A DNA stretch of 64,000 bases, taken from IMG/VR virus record IMGVR_UViG_3300037067_026422; one strand, given 5' to 3'. The translations under genes and the position numbers were made by a program. The notes under the pieces were generated by a model that ran no database searches, was not told where the DNA came from, and saw only the letters and a program-made list of their open reading frames with translations. Positions 1 through 10,738 of the stretch are shown in pieces. The stretch comes from a virus (Duplodnaviria > Caudoviricetes). How positions within the stretch are numbered: the first letter of the stretch is position 1; every line of letters begins with the position of its first letter.

Positions 1-689
1 TATTCATCAGATATAATACTAAATTTATTTTTCAAATAAGGTAATGAGTATTTAGCTTTACCTAACAAACTTTTTTCATTCGACAAAATAATTGGAGCAG
101 GGTTCATCACATCATCAATTAGAATTAAACCCCCATCAGATATCACATCACTATCCACTACTGCCTGAGCCTCCCTTAATTGATGTAGTGCGGTTTGCTC
201 AATTGGGGTCATATCACCCGTATCTATATATAATAAATCTATTTTCTTACTATATTTTGATTCGAATGCTTCTATAAATGCTAATGAATCCTGTACATGA
301 TACATGATCTTATGTGACAAATGCCCAGTGACTATCTTAGATCTATTTATGTGAGCTTCCGATATATCCACGGTGTGTACTGACACATCCTGATCAATAA
401 ATTCATCTGCAGCCAATAAGGAAAATAAACCCGCCCCCCAATCCCAATCTTCACACCTTTCTGGATTCCAATATTTAGTATCGTCACTATTGCAACCTTC
501 TACCCCTCCATGAACAAAACTTCTTATAGTCCCTAGTTCAACAATAGTAGACCCCCCTATAGCTTTAAATAGTTCAAAAGCTTTTTTAAAAGTGTGGTAT
601 CTAAAAAGGGGCACTCTCCCAAAGAAACTTTTAAAGTCATAACAGGAAGATAGATTCTCATCCATAATATCTCTATACTTTTCAAGCAT
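1..689 (-). CDS. Class I SAM-dependent methyltransferase-like protein, truncated by window edge (not in ORF track)
   Basis: ATG at 689 overlapping the stop of 682..1662; frame open to the window edge; translation MLEKYRD...TIVELGT...VHTVDI...IDLLYIDTG...GGLILIDD carries typical Rossmann MTase motifs. Confidence 0.7.
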   Translation of the reverse strand, partial: MLEKYRDIMDENLSSCYDFKSFFGRVPLFRYHTFKKAFELFKAIGGSTIVELGTIRSFVHGGVEGCNSDDTKYWNPERCEDWDWGAGLFSLLAADEFIDQDVSVHTVDISEAHINRSKIVTGHLSHKIMYHVQDSLAFIEAFESKYSKKIDLLYIDTGDMTPIEQTALHQLREAQAVVDSDVISDGGLILIDDVMNPAPIILSNEKSLLGKAKYSLPYLKNKFSIISDE

Positions 690-1662
690 TTTTCGCTCCT
701 TCATTGATACCAAAAATTTTACTCCATTTAGCAAGCTCAGATATCTGATGGGCTTTACTTACAGCACCTAATCGAGCGCTTATTTCCCTCCGATTAAGAT
801 TAATGGCTTTATCCCGGAGATCCTCCCAAGAACTAAAGTACACAAAAACATCATTAAATTCCTCACAATACCACTCTGAATATCTTAGATTGCCTATCTG
901 AAAAGGAGGTGACCAAAAAAAGTTACTTTTGCGAGACAACTCTATTAAGAAATCTATTGTGGGGATTAAATAGGGGATTCCTAAGTTAATCCCCTCGAAT
1001 AGAGCTAAATTAGACCATGCATAGGGAATATGAATAACACCTTTAAATTCCTGTAAATCTAAAGGTCCACTATATCTACCGGTATAACAGGGGATACCAA
1101 TTGACGTACACTTTTGATGTAAATTCATGAAAATTGTGTCGTTATGGTATGGGGGGATAAAAAAACTGGATTTTTTATCTATTGATACAGGGATACTTGA
1201 CGTAAGTTCTTTTTGGGTGATACCTGATATAGGTTTTATAGTAAAATCACTTAAATTGACCCCCCTTTGTCTAGCATAGAGGTATTCAAAGGGGGTGTAT
1301 GAGATTATCTTAACTTTTTCACTGTTAATACTATTCCATAAAGAAAAGTACTCGGGATCAGGAAAACCATCTCTATTGGGATAATCAAACCTGTTACAAA
1401 TCCAGACAATTAACTTGCCTTGATAATTATTCTGCAAAAATATTCTTGATAGAGGGGCAGTGTCTGAAGTTATAATGGTATCAAAGGTATTAAAATAATC
1501 TTTATGCTTAGCCCATATTTCAGCAGCCCTATCATGCGTGATAAGATAATCCCAGTCAGCTTGCAAGACGCTTATCTCTAAGCCTAATAATTTAGCTACG
1601 TTAGCTATGTCCCCTATACACCCCTTATGGTAACTAACATGTAATATTTTCATCAAAAACAC
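682..1662 (-). CDS. Putative glycosyltransferase-like protein
   Basis: 326 aa ORF inside glycosylation island; GT-B-like features (HIPY..SNLALFE..GIP); no decisive motif. Confidence 0.45.
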   Translation of the reverse strand: MFLMKILHVSYHKGCIGDIANVAKLLGLEISVLQADWDYLITHDRAAEIWAKHKDYFNTFDTIITSDTAPLSRIFLQNNYQGKLIVWICNRFDYPNRDGFPDPEYFSLWNSINSEKVKIISYTPFEYLYARQRGVNLSDFTIKPISGITQKELTSSIPVSIDKKSSFFIPPYHNDTIFMNLHQKCTSIGIPCYTGRYSGPLDLQEFKGVIHIPYAWSNLALFEGINLGIPYLIPTIDFLIELSRKSNFFWSPPFQIGNLRYSEWYCEEFNDVFVYFSSWEDLRDKAINLNRREISARLGAVSKAHQISELAKWSKIFGINEGAKNA

Positions 1663-2591
1663 CTTAGTATATTTTTTATTCTGTTAATGTAGGTATGCTC
1701 TTCTTTAACCAATTTCATTAATTCTATAGTTTTATTAACTGACATCCCTGTTTTAGCTTTCTCATATAAGCTATAACCATTGTCAGCATATATAAGCTCA
1801 TTATTAAATATTCTGTTTACTGCACTTGAATTAGTTATTCCAGATTGTCCATAGCTTATATTCTTGAATATTCTACAGGGTATATATCCCATTTCTATTT
1901 GAGGATCACTACAAAATTGCGGGGCATATTTAGACTCTTTTATAAGTTCAATGTGTCGCTCATCTGATATAAAATTAGCGTGTCTTTTTAAAAAACCTAT
2001 GCTGGTATTGGGGGTATATCCCCCATAAGCATGCATCTCTATTCCATCCTTTTGACAACCCTCTGAGAATCCAACGATATGCCTTCTAATATCATTCCAA
2101 CCAGAATCCAACACTGAACCAACATAGTTAACTATGTTCTTTCGACTTAGGGTAGCCCATTCTAAACAAATTTCCTCAGGAAGAAGATCTGTTGCCCAGG
2201 GCTGATATATTTCTCTACCTCTAATAAAAGTATAATCGTTTATTCTTTCTAAATTAGGCAGCGCGTATACCGGATTGGTAAGGACTTGCATATATACAGC
2301 CTGATCTGTTACAGGCTTAAATTGCTCATGAGAGCAATTATGAAGGATATACAGGCTATCTTTTCTTATAGGGATTCCAGTACATTCATCTGTACCTGAT
2401 GTTAAAAATAAGGTGTTAGAAAAGTCAAAGTTAGATATATCGGTTTTATTATTTAACCAATAAGACTCATAACCCATATATTTAAACGTTTTATAGAAAG
2501 CCCCGTGTATATAAGAGTGGGTATGAGTATCCTTCGGGTACCCCCACACTACTACTTTTTTTATTCCTACTAATCTGCTGCTCGTAGACAT
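1653..2591 (-). CDS. Putative glycosyltransferase (GT-B/CgeB-like C-terminus)
   Basis: GYIPCRIFKNISYG and HTYINRI C-terminal motifs typical of this GT group; island context. Confidence 0.6.
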   Translation of the reverse strand: MSTSSRLVGIKKVVVWGYPKDTHTHSYIHGAFYKTFKYMGYESYWLNNKTDISNFDFSNTLFLTSGTDECTGIPIRKDSLYILHNCSHEQFKPVTDQAVYMQVLTNPVYALPNLERINDYTFIRGREIYQPWATDLLPEEICLEWATLSRKNIVNYVGSVLDSGWNDIRRHIVGFSEGCQKDGIEMHAYGGYTPNTSIGFLKRHANFISDERHIELIKESKYAPQFCSDPQIEMGYIPCRIFKNISYGQSGITNSSAVNRIFNNELIYADNGYSLYEKAKTGMSVNKTIELMKLVKEEHTYINRIKNILRCF

Positions 2592-2602
2592 AATGTAAAA
2601 TC

Positions 2603-3256
2603 CTATGATTCTATTCTGGCATAGATATCACCAAAATTTATATTTTTTATATTGGTTACAAGATAAGAATTGATATCGTCTTTTTTTAACCACTGATTAT
2701 TACTAAATAGCAAAGATTCCCCTTCACTATAATTAAAGGTATACTTACCTAATGAATCTATCTTATTAAGACACTTGAGGGCATTAGTGTGTAACTCAGG
2801 AGTATATTCATAAGATATACATGGGATAGGCTGTGACAGCCCAGATAGTACCTCTATTTCACTACCCTCTACATCTATTTTACAATAATCGGGTACTCCA
2901 TACTTTTCTATAAGACTATCTAATGTAACTGTCTCAATATCAGTGGGGTTCCCCCATATGTACCCTCTAAATCTATCCTTACCCGTCTCATTAATGAATT
3001 CTTCAGAAAAAGTACTAATGGTATTAGCATTAGCTATCCTGAATTTTCTAGTCTGACCATCAGAAGATACCGCATAAGGAACTATTACTACCCTATCAGT
3101 TTTAAATCTTCTATGTAACTCAATAAGGCAATCTATTTGAGGTTCAACACAAACAACCCTTACACCATATGTAAGGTAACTCATTGTTTTATTTCCTATA
3201 TTGGCCCCAATATCAAATACTAAATGTTTATCTTTAATTATTTCGTTTAACAGCAT
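2603..3256 (-). CDS. FkbM family methyltransferase
   Basis: VFDIGANIG, VEPQ, TLDSL, KIDVEGSE motifs. Confidence 0.9.
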   Translation of the reverse strand: MLLNEIIKDKHLVFDIGANIGNKTMSYLTYGVRVVCVEPQIDCLIELHRRFKTDRVVIVPYAVSSDGQTRKFRIANANTISTFSEEFINETGKDRFRGYIWGNPTDIETVTLDSLIEKYGVPDYCKIDVEGSEIEVLSGLSQPIPCISYEYTPELHTNALKCLNKIDSLGKYTFNYSEGESLLFSNNQWLKKDDINSYLVTNIKNINFGDIYARIES

Positions 3257-3267
3257 CCTTAAAACTC

Positions 3268-3975
3268 CTATATTTGATACAGTGTGTGATCTTTTACAAG
3301 TGCTCTTAATTTTATGTACTTTTTATATGGATTATTTTCTGCCCAGGTTACTCCCTTGGGGAAGCAATAGGATGGATCAAGTATAACTTTGGGGGGGTTA
3401 TCTATAAGATATCGATTAAGATGACTCTCATCATGCCATTTTGCTATATATCCAATATCCATATCATCTTGTATCCCTTTGTATATCGTCTCCGACATCC
3501 TCAAAAAGTTATTTGCACTTCCCCCATTAAAACCCCCTGCAAAGTACACTGTACCTTCATCTGGTTTAATGTATGCCTTAGATAGAGGATTTTTATCATA
3601 TGAAAATACGTGCCGGGGGGCATTCCAAAATCCAGGATGCCTTGTCCCTACTAAATCCCCAATAACTTCATTTCCTACATAATCCTCGAAAAGCATGTCT
3701 ATATCACAATAGTACAGATAATCCATACCAGAAAATATCTGACTATTTTTACAAAATATCTCATATCTTCTGAGAGTCATACCAGGCCAGGGGTAATGCT
3801 CCTGGTTAACTATTGTAACGTCATTTCTCTTCACTATATCTGGTAAATTCGTGAAAAGAAAAAATCTTATTTCATGCCCCTCTTTAGACAAAAAGTACTT
3901 TTTAGCTGAATCATACAAAGGATCTACGAATTCAAGGTATTTATTTGTAGCTATATTTATTAACCCTATTTTCAT
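3268..3975 (-). CDS. Family 6 glycosyltransferase (ABO blood-group transferase-like)
   Basis: IATNKY, WP..TL.RY, CDID, HPGF, AGGFNGG, WHDESHLNRY motifs. Confidence 0.9.
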   Translation of the reverse strand: MKIGLINIATNKYLEFVDPLYDSAKKYFLSKEGHEIRFFLFTNLPDIVKRNDVTIVNQEHYPWPGMTLRRYEIFCKNSQIFSGMDYLYYCDIDMLFEDYVGNEVIGDLVGTRHPGFWNAPRHVFSYDKNPLSKAYIKPDEGTVYFAGGFNGGSANNFLRMSETIYKGIQDDMDIGYIAKWHDESHLNRYLIDNPPKVILDPSYCFPKGVTWAENNPYKKYIKLRALVKDHTLYQI

Positions 3976-4628
3976 ATGTTAAACCTTTGTTTCTTTAACT
4001 CATCAGACATTGCATTATTTTTTGTATTATAAAAGGAATTTTTATGTATCCTGTGCCTAACCAAACCACTATCTATATTAAAGAATGTAAAACCCTGCTT
4101 AACCAATCTTATCCATAAGTCATAATCCTCAACGCCATCCCAAGAAGCATCCCAATAAATATCCCTACCACGTCTAACAATCATAGATGAAGAGTTTATT
4201 ATAGAATTAATGTCTCTGAAATGCTCCTCCAACAACTCCCCAACATGAAGCCATGGTCTGGCATCCGACCCTTCAAAATATTGACAGTGTGTTCCTATGA
4301 CGTCATACTTATCCTTATAGTTAATCTGAGCTGATAATTTGTTACTCAGCCATAAATCATCCACATCAAGCAAGCATATAATATCATGCTTTGCCTTTTT
4401 TAATAGAGCATTTAAAGTAACCGATTTCCCCTTCAGCTCAGAAAAATCATATACGCGCACTTTCTCAGAAGAATAATTAATAGCAGTCTTATATACCTCT
4501 GAATTCTTTTCATACCCATTTATACCTATTAGCAACTCCCAAGCATCCATATCCTGCTGCATTACCGTATTTAAGCTCTCGGGCAGATACTCAATACCAT
4601 TGTATATGGGCATCAGAATAGATACCAT
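3972..4628 (-). CDS. Glycosyltransferase family 2
   Basis: VSILMPIYN, LDVDD, EDYDLWIR. Confidence 0.9.
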   Translation of the reverse strand: MVSILMPIYNGIEYLPESLNTVMQQDMDAWELLIGINGYEKNSEVYKTAINYSSEKVRVYDFSELKGKSVTLNALLKKAKHDIICLLDVDDLWLSNKLSAQINYKDKYDVIGTHCQYFEGSDARPWLHVGELLEEHFRDINSIINSSSMIVRRGRDIYWDASWDGVEDYDLWIRLVKQGFTFFNIDSGLVRHRIHKNSFYNTKNNAMSDELKKQRFNI

Positions 4629-5288
4629 TTAATTTGCTCTTAATTCCTCAGTTGCTATTTCTACGTACTTTTTTTTATCTTTTCCAAGAGTCCTGAGCAT
4701 ACTATCTTCACGCTCAGTATGCTCATACACTAAAACTGGAACAAGCTTGAATTTAAACCCCGACATATAACACCTACACCAAAAATTCCAATCTTCATAA
4801 TGAGGTCCAGTTCTTACTTTATATCCCCCCACTTTTTTCCAAACTTCTTTCTTAAATAAGGAAGAAGAAAAAATTGGGTTTTCTTTAAGTAATACGTCCC
4901 TATTTATATTTCCTATATAAGGTTTCACCACTCTTCCAGAACACGTCATGAGCCCATAATAAATATCAAACTCAGGAGATAATACTTCCACCAATCCGGA
5001 TAGGCTTCTTGGAAAAAAGAAGTCATCTGAATCTAATGGTATTATAAGATCATTACAGGATACCGCTATACCCGTATTCCGGGCTGCACTTAAACCCCTA
5101 TTCTCCAGATGTCTAATTAATTGAATTTTGTTATTCCGTATCAATTCCATAGCCTCAGGTATAATAGGAATAGTCGAACAATCATCCACTACTATAATTT
5201 CTTTATCAACATTCTGAATTAAACAACTCTCAATAGCTCGGGGTAAATATTGAGAATCATTATAGGTGCATATTACTATTGATATCAT
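4629..5288 (-). CDS. Glycosyltransferase family 2
   Basis: ISIVICTYN, VVDDCS, NRGLSAARNTG, LDSDD, EDWNFW. Confidence 0.9.
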   Translation of the reverse strand: MISIVICTYNDSQYLPRAIESCLIQNVDKEIIVVDDCSTIPIIPEAMELIRNNKIQLIRHLENRGLSAARNTGIAVSCNDLIIPLDSDDFFFPRSLSGLVEVLSPEFDIYYGLMTCSGRVVKPYIGNINRDVLLKENPIFSSSLFKKEVWKKVGGYKVRTGPHYEDWNFWCRCYMSGFKFKLVPVLVYEHTEREDSMLRTLGKDKKKYVEIATEELRAN

Positions 5289-5290
5289 AT

Positions 5291-6100
5291 TTATTCTATC
5301 TCTATAGGAACATCAACGTGACATGATGCATTATTTATTATGTTGGGGTTATTTAATAGCTTTGTTAAAGATATCCGCTTACCTATCAAAAATTGTTCAT
5401 TTAGATATTGTGCGGATATCTGACCATGACGGTTGCCATTTACATTCTGAACTTTATTCGCGGGTATATTAACTATCTTAGATTTACTAAAACATGTCAT
5501 ATATGGCATGCATATAGGACTATTAGCTAAATTACCTTCTAATGTGTTTGGATTACGATAATCAATATATACCAGTTTTGATAGAATATCTTCTGTCCTA
5601 AATAAATGCCCATCCAAAGACATCGGATATGACCAATCGCCAGGACAGGCTTTTCTCCATTCCCATACTAATTCTTTGTTCAAAAACTCGGGAACAGTCA
5701 TAGGAACATTCATAGTATAGCAGTAATTTATTCCGGGATATAGTCTTAAAGATAAACAAGCAACACTTTGATCGGTTATTACTCTATAAGCTTCATGACA
5801 GGATAGCTTAAACTCTTCTTTAAATATCATATCATCAACAAAAAACATCGTGAGTGCATTTTTTAGGGGCACATTCTTCAATAAATCTTCTTTAAATTTA
5901 CCCTTATTTTCAAAAACATAATGAATATCCGGATGGTACGAAATAGCCTTTACATATCCAGCACCAAAAGACTCATTACTATATGTGTATAAGACATGTA
6001 TACTATTTATGTGGATACCTATAAAGAATTTCTTTATACTGCATAGAAATAAATCCAGCTGACATCCACGATCTTTACTGAAAACAACAATATTTATCAT
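5291..6100 (-). CDS. GT-A fold glycosyltransferase-like protein
   Basis: IVVFSKDR..QL start, FFVDD DxD-like motif, island context. Confidence 0.6.
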   Translation of the reverse strand: MINIVVFSKDRGCQLDLFLCSIKKFFIGIHINSIHVLYTYSNESFGAGYVKAISYHPDIHYVFENKGKFKEDLLKNVPLKNALTMFFVDDMIFKEEFKLSCHEAYRVITDQSVACLSLRLYPGINYCYTMNVPMTVPEFLNKELVWEWRKACPGDWSYPMSLDGHLFRTEDILSKLVYIDYRNPNTLEGNLANSPICMPYMTCFSKSKIVNIPANKVQNVNGNRHGQISAQYLNEQFLIGKRISLTKLLNNPNIINNASCHVDVPIEIE

Positions 6101-6841
6101 TTATAAAACCTCTCTATATACATAAGGAGTTTTTGCTGCAAAATAATCAGCAAACTGCATTTGCTCCCTAAGTCTTACTTTCCCATCATTATATGGAGTC
6201 TCCTGATTATAAGTATAGATTAACTCAGGCACATACCTAACCCTATCGGCCCCAGATAACTCAAGCATAGGGAACATAATCGCCAAATCCCATGCTACCC
6301 GAGCATATAACCCATCCGGACCTTTCAAATCCTCATCTTTTACATACTTCCAGACTTTATACTTAAAAGTCCTCAGATGAGAAGCCCTCCAACCCACTTT
6401 TCTTATACCCTTTTGCCAATCTGCAGCACTATATGGGGCATTATTTGTGTTGACAGCAGGATTTGGATAGGAAACCCAAGACCCATGCGTAATCAGAAGA
6501 TTAGGCTGTCTATCATAGTATCCTTTCACGATAGCTAAAGAATCAAGCCCGGAAAGCCAATCATCCCCATCAATAGTGACTATAATATCTTCATCCTGAC
6601 AAGGCTGCTCTTTTATCGATCGAATAATGTTCGCTGTAGCAAACTTCTGAGCACTATTCAATAATACTTTTATTCTACTATCCCCATTAGAAACCCTATA
6701 TGCTACATCATAGGAATTATCGTCTGAAGGATCAAGTACAACACACGCTGTCCAGTCCTTGTAGTCCTGATCCATAACAGATTTAAGACACTTCTCAATA
6801 TATTTATCTACTTTCCATCCTACGATAACAAGTCTAAGCAT
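6101..6841 (-). CDS. Glycosyltransferase family 2
   Basis: YIEKCLKSVMDQDY, IDGDDWL, SHLRTF motifs. Confidence 0.8.
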   Translation of the reverse strand: MLRLVIVGWKVDKYIEKCLKSVMDQDYKDWTACVVLDPSDDNSYDVAYRVSNGDSRIKVLLNSAQKFATANIIRSIKEQPCQDEDIIVTIDGDDWLSGLDSLAIVKGYYDRQPNLLITHGSWVSYPNPAVNTNNAPYSAADWQKGIRKVGWRASHLRTFKYKVWKYVKDEDLKGPDGLYARVAWDLAIMFPMLELSGADRVRYVPELIYTYNQETPYNDGKVRLREQMQFADYFAAKTPYVYREVL

Positions 6842-6859
6842 AGTCTTATAGGACCTTTC

Positions 6860-7387
6860 TCAAATATTGCCGCGCCATTGCCTTCGATAATTATGAAATA
6901 CATACAAATCTTTCATAAGATAGATACGATACCCGGCTTTCTTTACACGGGTATGGTAATCATTGTCCATACCTAAAAATTTGTCATCTGGCACACCACC
7001 AACTTTGTCCCAAACTTTTCTTCGGGTAAGAAAAAAGAAACCCGATAACATTCCTGGCAAATCTGTAACATCTTCTATTTCACCATAATTACTTTTTTGT
7101 ATATCAGTAGATAAAGCTACCTGCTTTGATATATCATCAGAATTTGCTTCTGGATGATCGTATCTTTGAGTAACATATGCTATTCTATTAGTACGGCAGG
7201 ATATTAGCCCCGCATTATGCCCTACTTTATTAATGGCATTAAGACATAAATCATACCAATTGATATTCAATAGTAAAATATCCCAATCAAGTATTAATCC
7301 CCAATCCTCAACTGTTTTAAACATTCTATTACAAGCCTTACCCAACTGCTTTCCGGGTTCCCAGGGTATTCTGACATCTATATACAT
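6860..7387 (-). CDS. GT2-like glycosyltransferase
   Basis: LDWD motif, SGFFFLTRRKVWDKVGG, D.DY..RV..AGY. Confidence 0.7.
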   Translation of the reverse strand: MYIDVRIPWEPGKQLGKACNRMFKTVEDWGLILDWDILLLNINWYDLCLNAINKVGHNAGLISCRTNRIAYVTQRYDHPEANSDDISKQVALSTDIQKSNYGEIEDVTDLPGMLSGFFFLTRRKVWDKVGGVPDDKFLGMDNDYHTRVKKAGYRIYLMKDLYVFHNYRRQWRGNI

Positions 7388-7392
7388 AAAGA

Positions 7393-7998
7393 TTAAACTT
7401 CCCGTCCCTTACCCGGTGTCTCACCCTGGTTTGGCTTATCTATCTCACAAACTACCTCATCAACCCAATTTATCTTATCTTCCCCATACATATCCACGAT
7501 ATCTTTTATATATGAATAATCTGAAGCATAAGGCGCTTTCCACTTTACTTTATTAGCCATTTCTACCGGTATAATAAAACAAGGAGTGCCTATATGCCCC
7601 CTTAGTACTTTATGCTCCTCCGGCAAAATTCCTGCTCGTATACTTTTCATCTTAAAGATATTTATCATACCCTCTTTTAAGTTATTACTTATTGTATGTA
7701 TAACTTCGTTATTAGGTAAAAAGTCATCATCATCTACCCCCCATACATAACCCTCATTGACCGAAGCTATTAAATAATTAAAATAAAGATCTGCAGTCTT
7801 CATGGATTCAGCATTTTTATTCATATATAGATAATCAGTAATACCGCTCTCTAATACATAGCTTCTTGTTTGATCGTTATCTATAGATACAATAAGCTTA
7901 TAATTATTATAGGTCTGATTCCTTATAGTCCCCAGCAGTCTTTTAAAACTTATAGGTCTATCCGAAGTTCTTATCATGATGTTAATAACCGGAAGCAT
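7393..7998 (-). CDS. GT2-like glycosyltransferase
   Basis: INIMIRTSDRP, VDDDD motif. Confidence 0.7.
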   Translation of the reverse strand: MLPVINIMIRTSDRPISFKRLLGTIRNQTYNNYKLIVSIDNDQTRSYVLESGITDYLYMNKNAESMKTADLYFNYLIASVNEGYVWGVDDDDFLPNNEVIHTISNNLKEGMINIFKMKSIRAGILPEEHKVLRGHIGTPCFIIPVEMANKVKWKAPYASDYSYIKDIVDMYGEDKINWVDEVVCEIDKPNQGETPGKGREV

Positions 7999-8010
7999 TT
8001 GTTTTTCCTA

Positions 8011-8772
8011 TCATATCAAAAAGTTGTTTATTGGTATCTTAACCATAGGACTACCACTACTATACCTCGTACCATTAGCTTTAATATATGCCCCTTTTTT
8101 ATCCTGATCCGTAGAAGAAGAAGTATGTATATCAAGTTTAAGATATGCTTCCATTCCTTTAATGTGCGGATGACCAATTTTTACTGGAGGGTATAAATTT
8201 GCTAATTGACATCTCCTTGTATAATCACAATGCCCATACCCATAAAATTTATAATCAGGATCAAATATTCCTACTTCATTTATACATCTTTTTGTCATTA
8301 CCATCAAAGCTCCACCCAAGTCTTTATAATATTCTATGGTAAGATCATTGGGATACTTTATTTCATTACATTTATTACTCTGAGCTAATCCATGTATAAA
8401 GTTCATGTGATCATAACCAGTAGCTTTTAGCGCCTCAAGATACTTTTCTACCCATCCATTCTTTATAGGAATAAGATCATCTTCTATAATGAATATAAAG
8501 TCACAGTTTTGTAAATAATTAAGTAGCCTATTTTTATTACGTACCACTCCCTGGTTAGTACCTATTATGACTTCTCCACAATGTTTAAGCATTTCTGCAA
8601 TATTATAGCTACCTATATTACCACCATCGATACTGCATACAGTGTTAACCCCATTAGTAGTCTCTCTTATTGCCCTTATTACTCTTAATGCCATATCTGG
8701 TCTATTGTAGGTACTTAATCCAACACCTATTTTAATCTTCATGCTGCACCTATATCCAAGATTTTCCCTCAC
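8011..8772 (-). CDS. Glycosyltransferase family 2 (start probably MKIKIG at 8742)
   Basis: STYNRP, NQGVVRNKN, IEDD, VGIFDPDY..YG..H.DY. Confidence 0.8.
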   Translation of the reverse strand: MRENLGYRCSMKIKIGVGLSTYNRPDMALRVIRAIRETTNGVNTVCSIDGGNIGSYNIAEMLKHCGEVIIGTNQGVVRNKNRLLNYLQNCDFIFIIEDDLIPIKNGWVEKYLEALKATGYDHMNFIHGLAQSNKCNEIKYPNDLTIEYYKDLGGALMVMTKRCINEVGIFDPDYKFYGYGHCDYTRRCQLANLYPPVKIGHPHIKGMEAYLKLDIHTSSSTDQDKKGAYIKANGTRYSSGSPMVKIPINNFLI

Positions 8773-10738
8773 AGTTGTCTGGTAAATTCGTGTTGTAAAA
8801 GGGGTCCCTGAACTTATTTAACTCCCATTTATCATTTATATATGATATCGCCTTCAAAAATTGTTCATCAGCTGCAGAATCCAATCCCCGGGTATAAGAT
8901 TCCCTATGGTATAGTCGAGCAAAAGGGGTGTATACTATAGATTTTTCCTTTTGTCGCAACTTAAGACACAAATCTATATCATTGAAAGCCTTTGGTAACT
9001 TTATATCAAACCCCTTAACCGCCTGGAAGTCACTCCGTCTAACTAGCATACAAGCACCAGTTACTGCCGTAATATCCTGTGTAAGGTGCGGTCGAGAGAA
9101 ATACCCGGGCACCCAGTCATATATATATTTATGACTATGCCCAGCCACCCCATTGACTCCTATAAATATCCCGGCATGCTGGATCTTATGATCCATATAC
9201 AATAACTTGGCTCCAACAGCAGCTACCTCAGGTCTTATGAAATGCTGAATCATGTTATGAAGCCACTCCGGATGCATTATCTCTATATCGTTATTCAAAA
9301 ACAATACAAATTCAGATTCACTAGTATAATTATTAACCGCATAATTATTGATGGCAGAAAAATTGAATTTCTTATTGTACTCTATAATCTTAATGCCCCT
9401 ATTAAAAGATAATTTTGAAAGATACTCAAAAGTCCCCTTTTCCTCACTCTTATTATTGACTAAAAGTAGCTCATAGTTCGGATAAGAGGTCATCTCAAAA
9501 GTTTTTAGCAGGTTATTAAGAACATGTATCTGATCCTTGAAGGGTATGATAATAGATACCCTCGGATAATTCAGGGGAATATATCGAACATCATAATGCC
9601 CGGGGAAATATCCAGCAGTCACTATAGCCTTCCTCCCAAGCCTCTTCAGATGCCCCTCCAGGGCACGAGCACCATTGAACCGGGCATCCGGCTTATTCAC
9701 TATGCTACTTGATGTAGAGGTAGGTGTAATACGCCAATGATACAGTATCCTGGGGATATGTCGAATGTTCTTGGTATGCTCTACAATCCTTAATGCCAAA
9801 TCGTAGTCCTGTGATCCATCAAATCCTTTTCTTATATCTCCTACTTCATTTACCAAACTTTTTCTGTATACTGAAAAATGACACATATACATAGAGGAAA
9901 GAAGAAGGCTATAATTAAAGTCAGGCTTATAAAAGGGCCCTACAAAAGACCCATCATCAAGCACCTTATCCTCATCAGTATAAATTAAATCAACACCCGA
10001 GTCAGCCCTATACTCCAAAGCCACATATAAAAGAGCATCTTTATCCAAAAGATCATCATGATCAAGGAATCCTACATATTTACCTGTAGCCATAGCCAAA
10101 GCTTCATTTGTAGCTTCGACTATCCCTTTATTAGCAGTGTTTATTCTAACCTTTATCTGGTTATATAAGATCGACTCAAGATAATTCTTGAGTTCCGGAT
10201 CATTAGATCCATCATCTACGATACACAATTCCCATATACCATAAGACTGATTAAGTACGCTTTCAACAGTCTTTTTCAGATATCCAAGATTAGTCTTATA
10301 GACAGGCATAATAATGCTTATCAAGGGAGGATCTTCAAATTCGTATAAAGTGCTGTTTTCCCCCTCCAAATAGAGGCACGGGCCTCCACTACACATTTTA
10401 ATACCAAAATGACCTGTACCCTTCCCTTTCTCAACTTCAAGAAGGATACTAATTATACAATCTGATTTGGGATGATAATTCATATCCAGGACTATAGGAC
10501 TATCCTGGATAATCTGCTCTGATTTTATAGTATATCTACGATGGGCTTTATCTAAATAAACCTCTGCAGTAATTTTTCCTGTCACTTCCCCAGAGGTATT
10601 GAAGAACAAACCTATGGAGTCTATTTTACCGGGTTTTACCGGGATATTGAAGGCGTAGCTACTTAAGGGTACATACCCTGAATCCTTGTCTACATTACTG
10701 TAGATTTGGTTGTCTCTTTTTGTTACTGTGTATGCCAT
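8750..10738 (-). CDS. Two-domain GT2 glycosyltransferase with N-terminal accessory domain
   Basis: Two GT2 modules (ISIIMPVY...LDHDD...QDYDL; VSIIIPFKD...LNNDIE...AVTGACML...NDIDLCL). Confidence 0.92.
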   Translation of the reverse strand: MAYTVTKRDNQIYSNVDKDSGYVPLSSYAFNIPVKPGKIDSIGLFFNTSGEVTGKITAEVYLDKAHRRYTIKSEQIIQDSPIVLDMNYHPKSDCIISILLEVEKGKGTGHFGIKMCSGGPCLYLEGENSTLYEFEDPPLISIIMPVYKTNLGYLKKTVESVLNQSYGIWELCIVDDGSNDPELKNYLESILYNQIKVRINTANKGIVEATNEALAMATGKYVGFLDHDDLLDKDALLYVALEYRADSGVDLIYTDEDKVLDDGSFVGPFYKPDFNYSLLLSSMYMCHFSVYRKSLVNEVGDIRKGFDGSQDYDLALRIVEHTKNIRHIPRILYHWRITPTSTSSSIVNKPDARFNGARALEGHLKRLGRKAIVTAGYFPGHYDVRYIPLNYPRVSIIIPFKDQIHVLNNLLKTFEMTSYPNYELLLVNNKSEEKGTFEYLSKLSFNRGIKIIEYNKKFNFSAINNYAVNNYTSESEFVLFLNNDIEIMHPEWLHNMIQHFIRPEVAAVGAKLLYMDHKIQHAGIFIGVNGVAGHSHKYIYDWVPGYFSRPHLTQDITAVTGACMLVRRSDFQAVKGFDIKLPKAFNDIDLCLKLRQKEKSIVYTPFARLYHRESYTRGLDSAADEQFLKAISYINDKWELNKFRDPFYNTNLPDNCEGKSWI

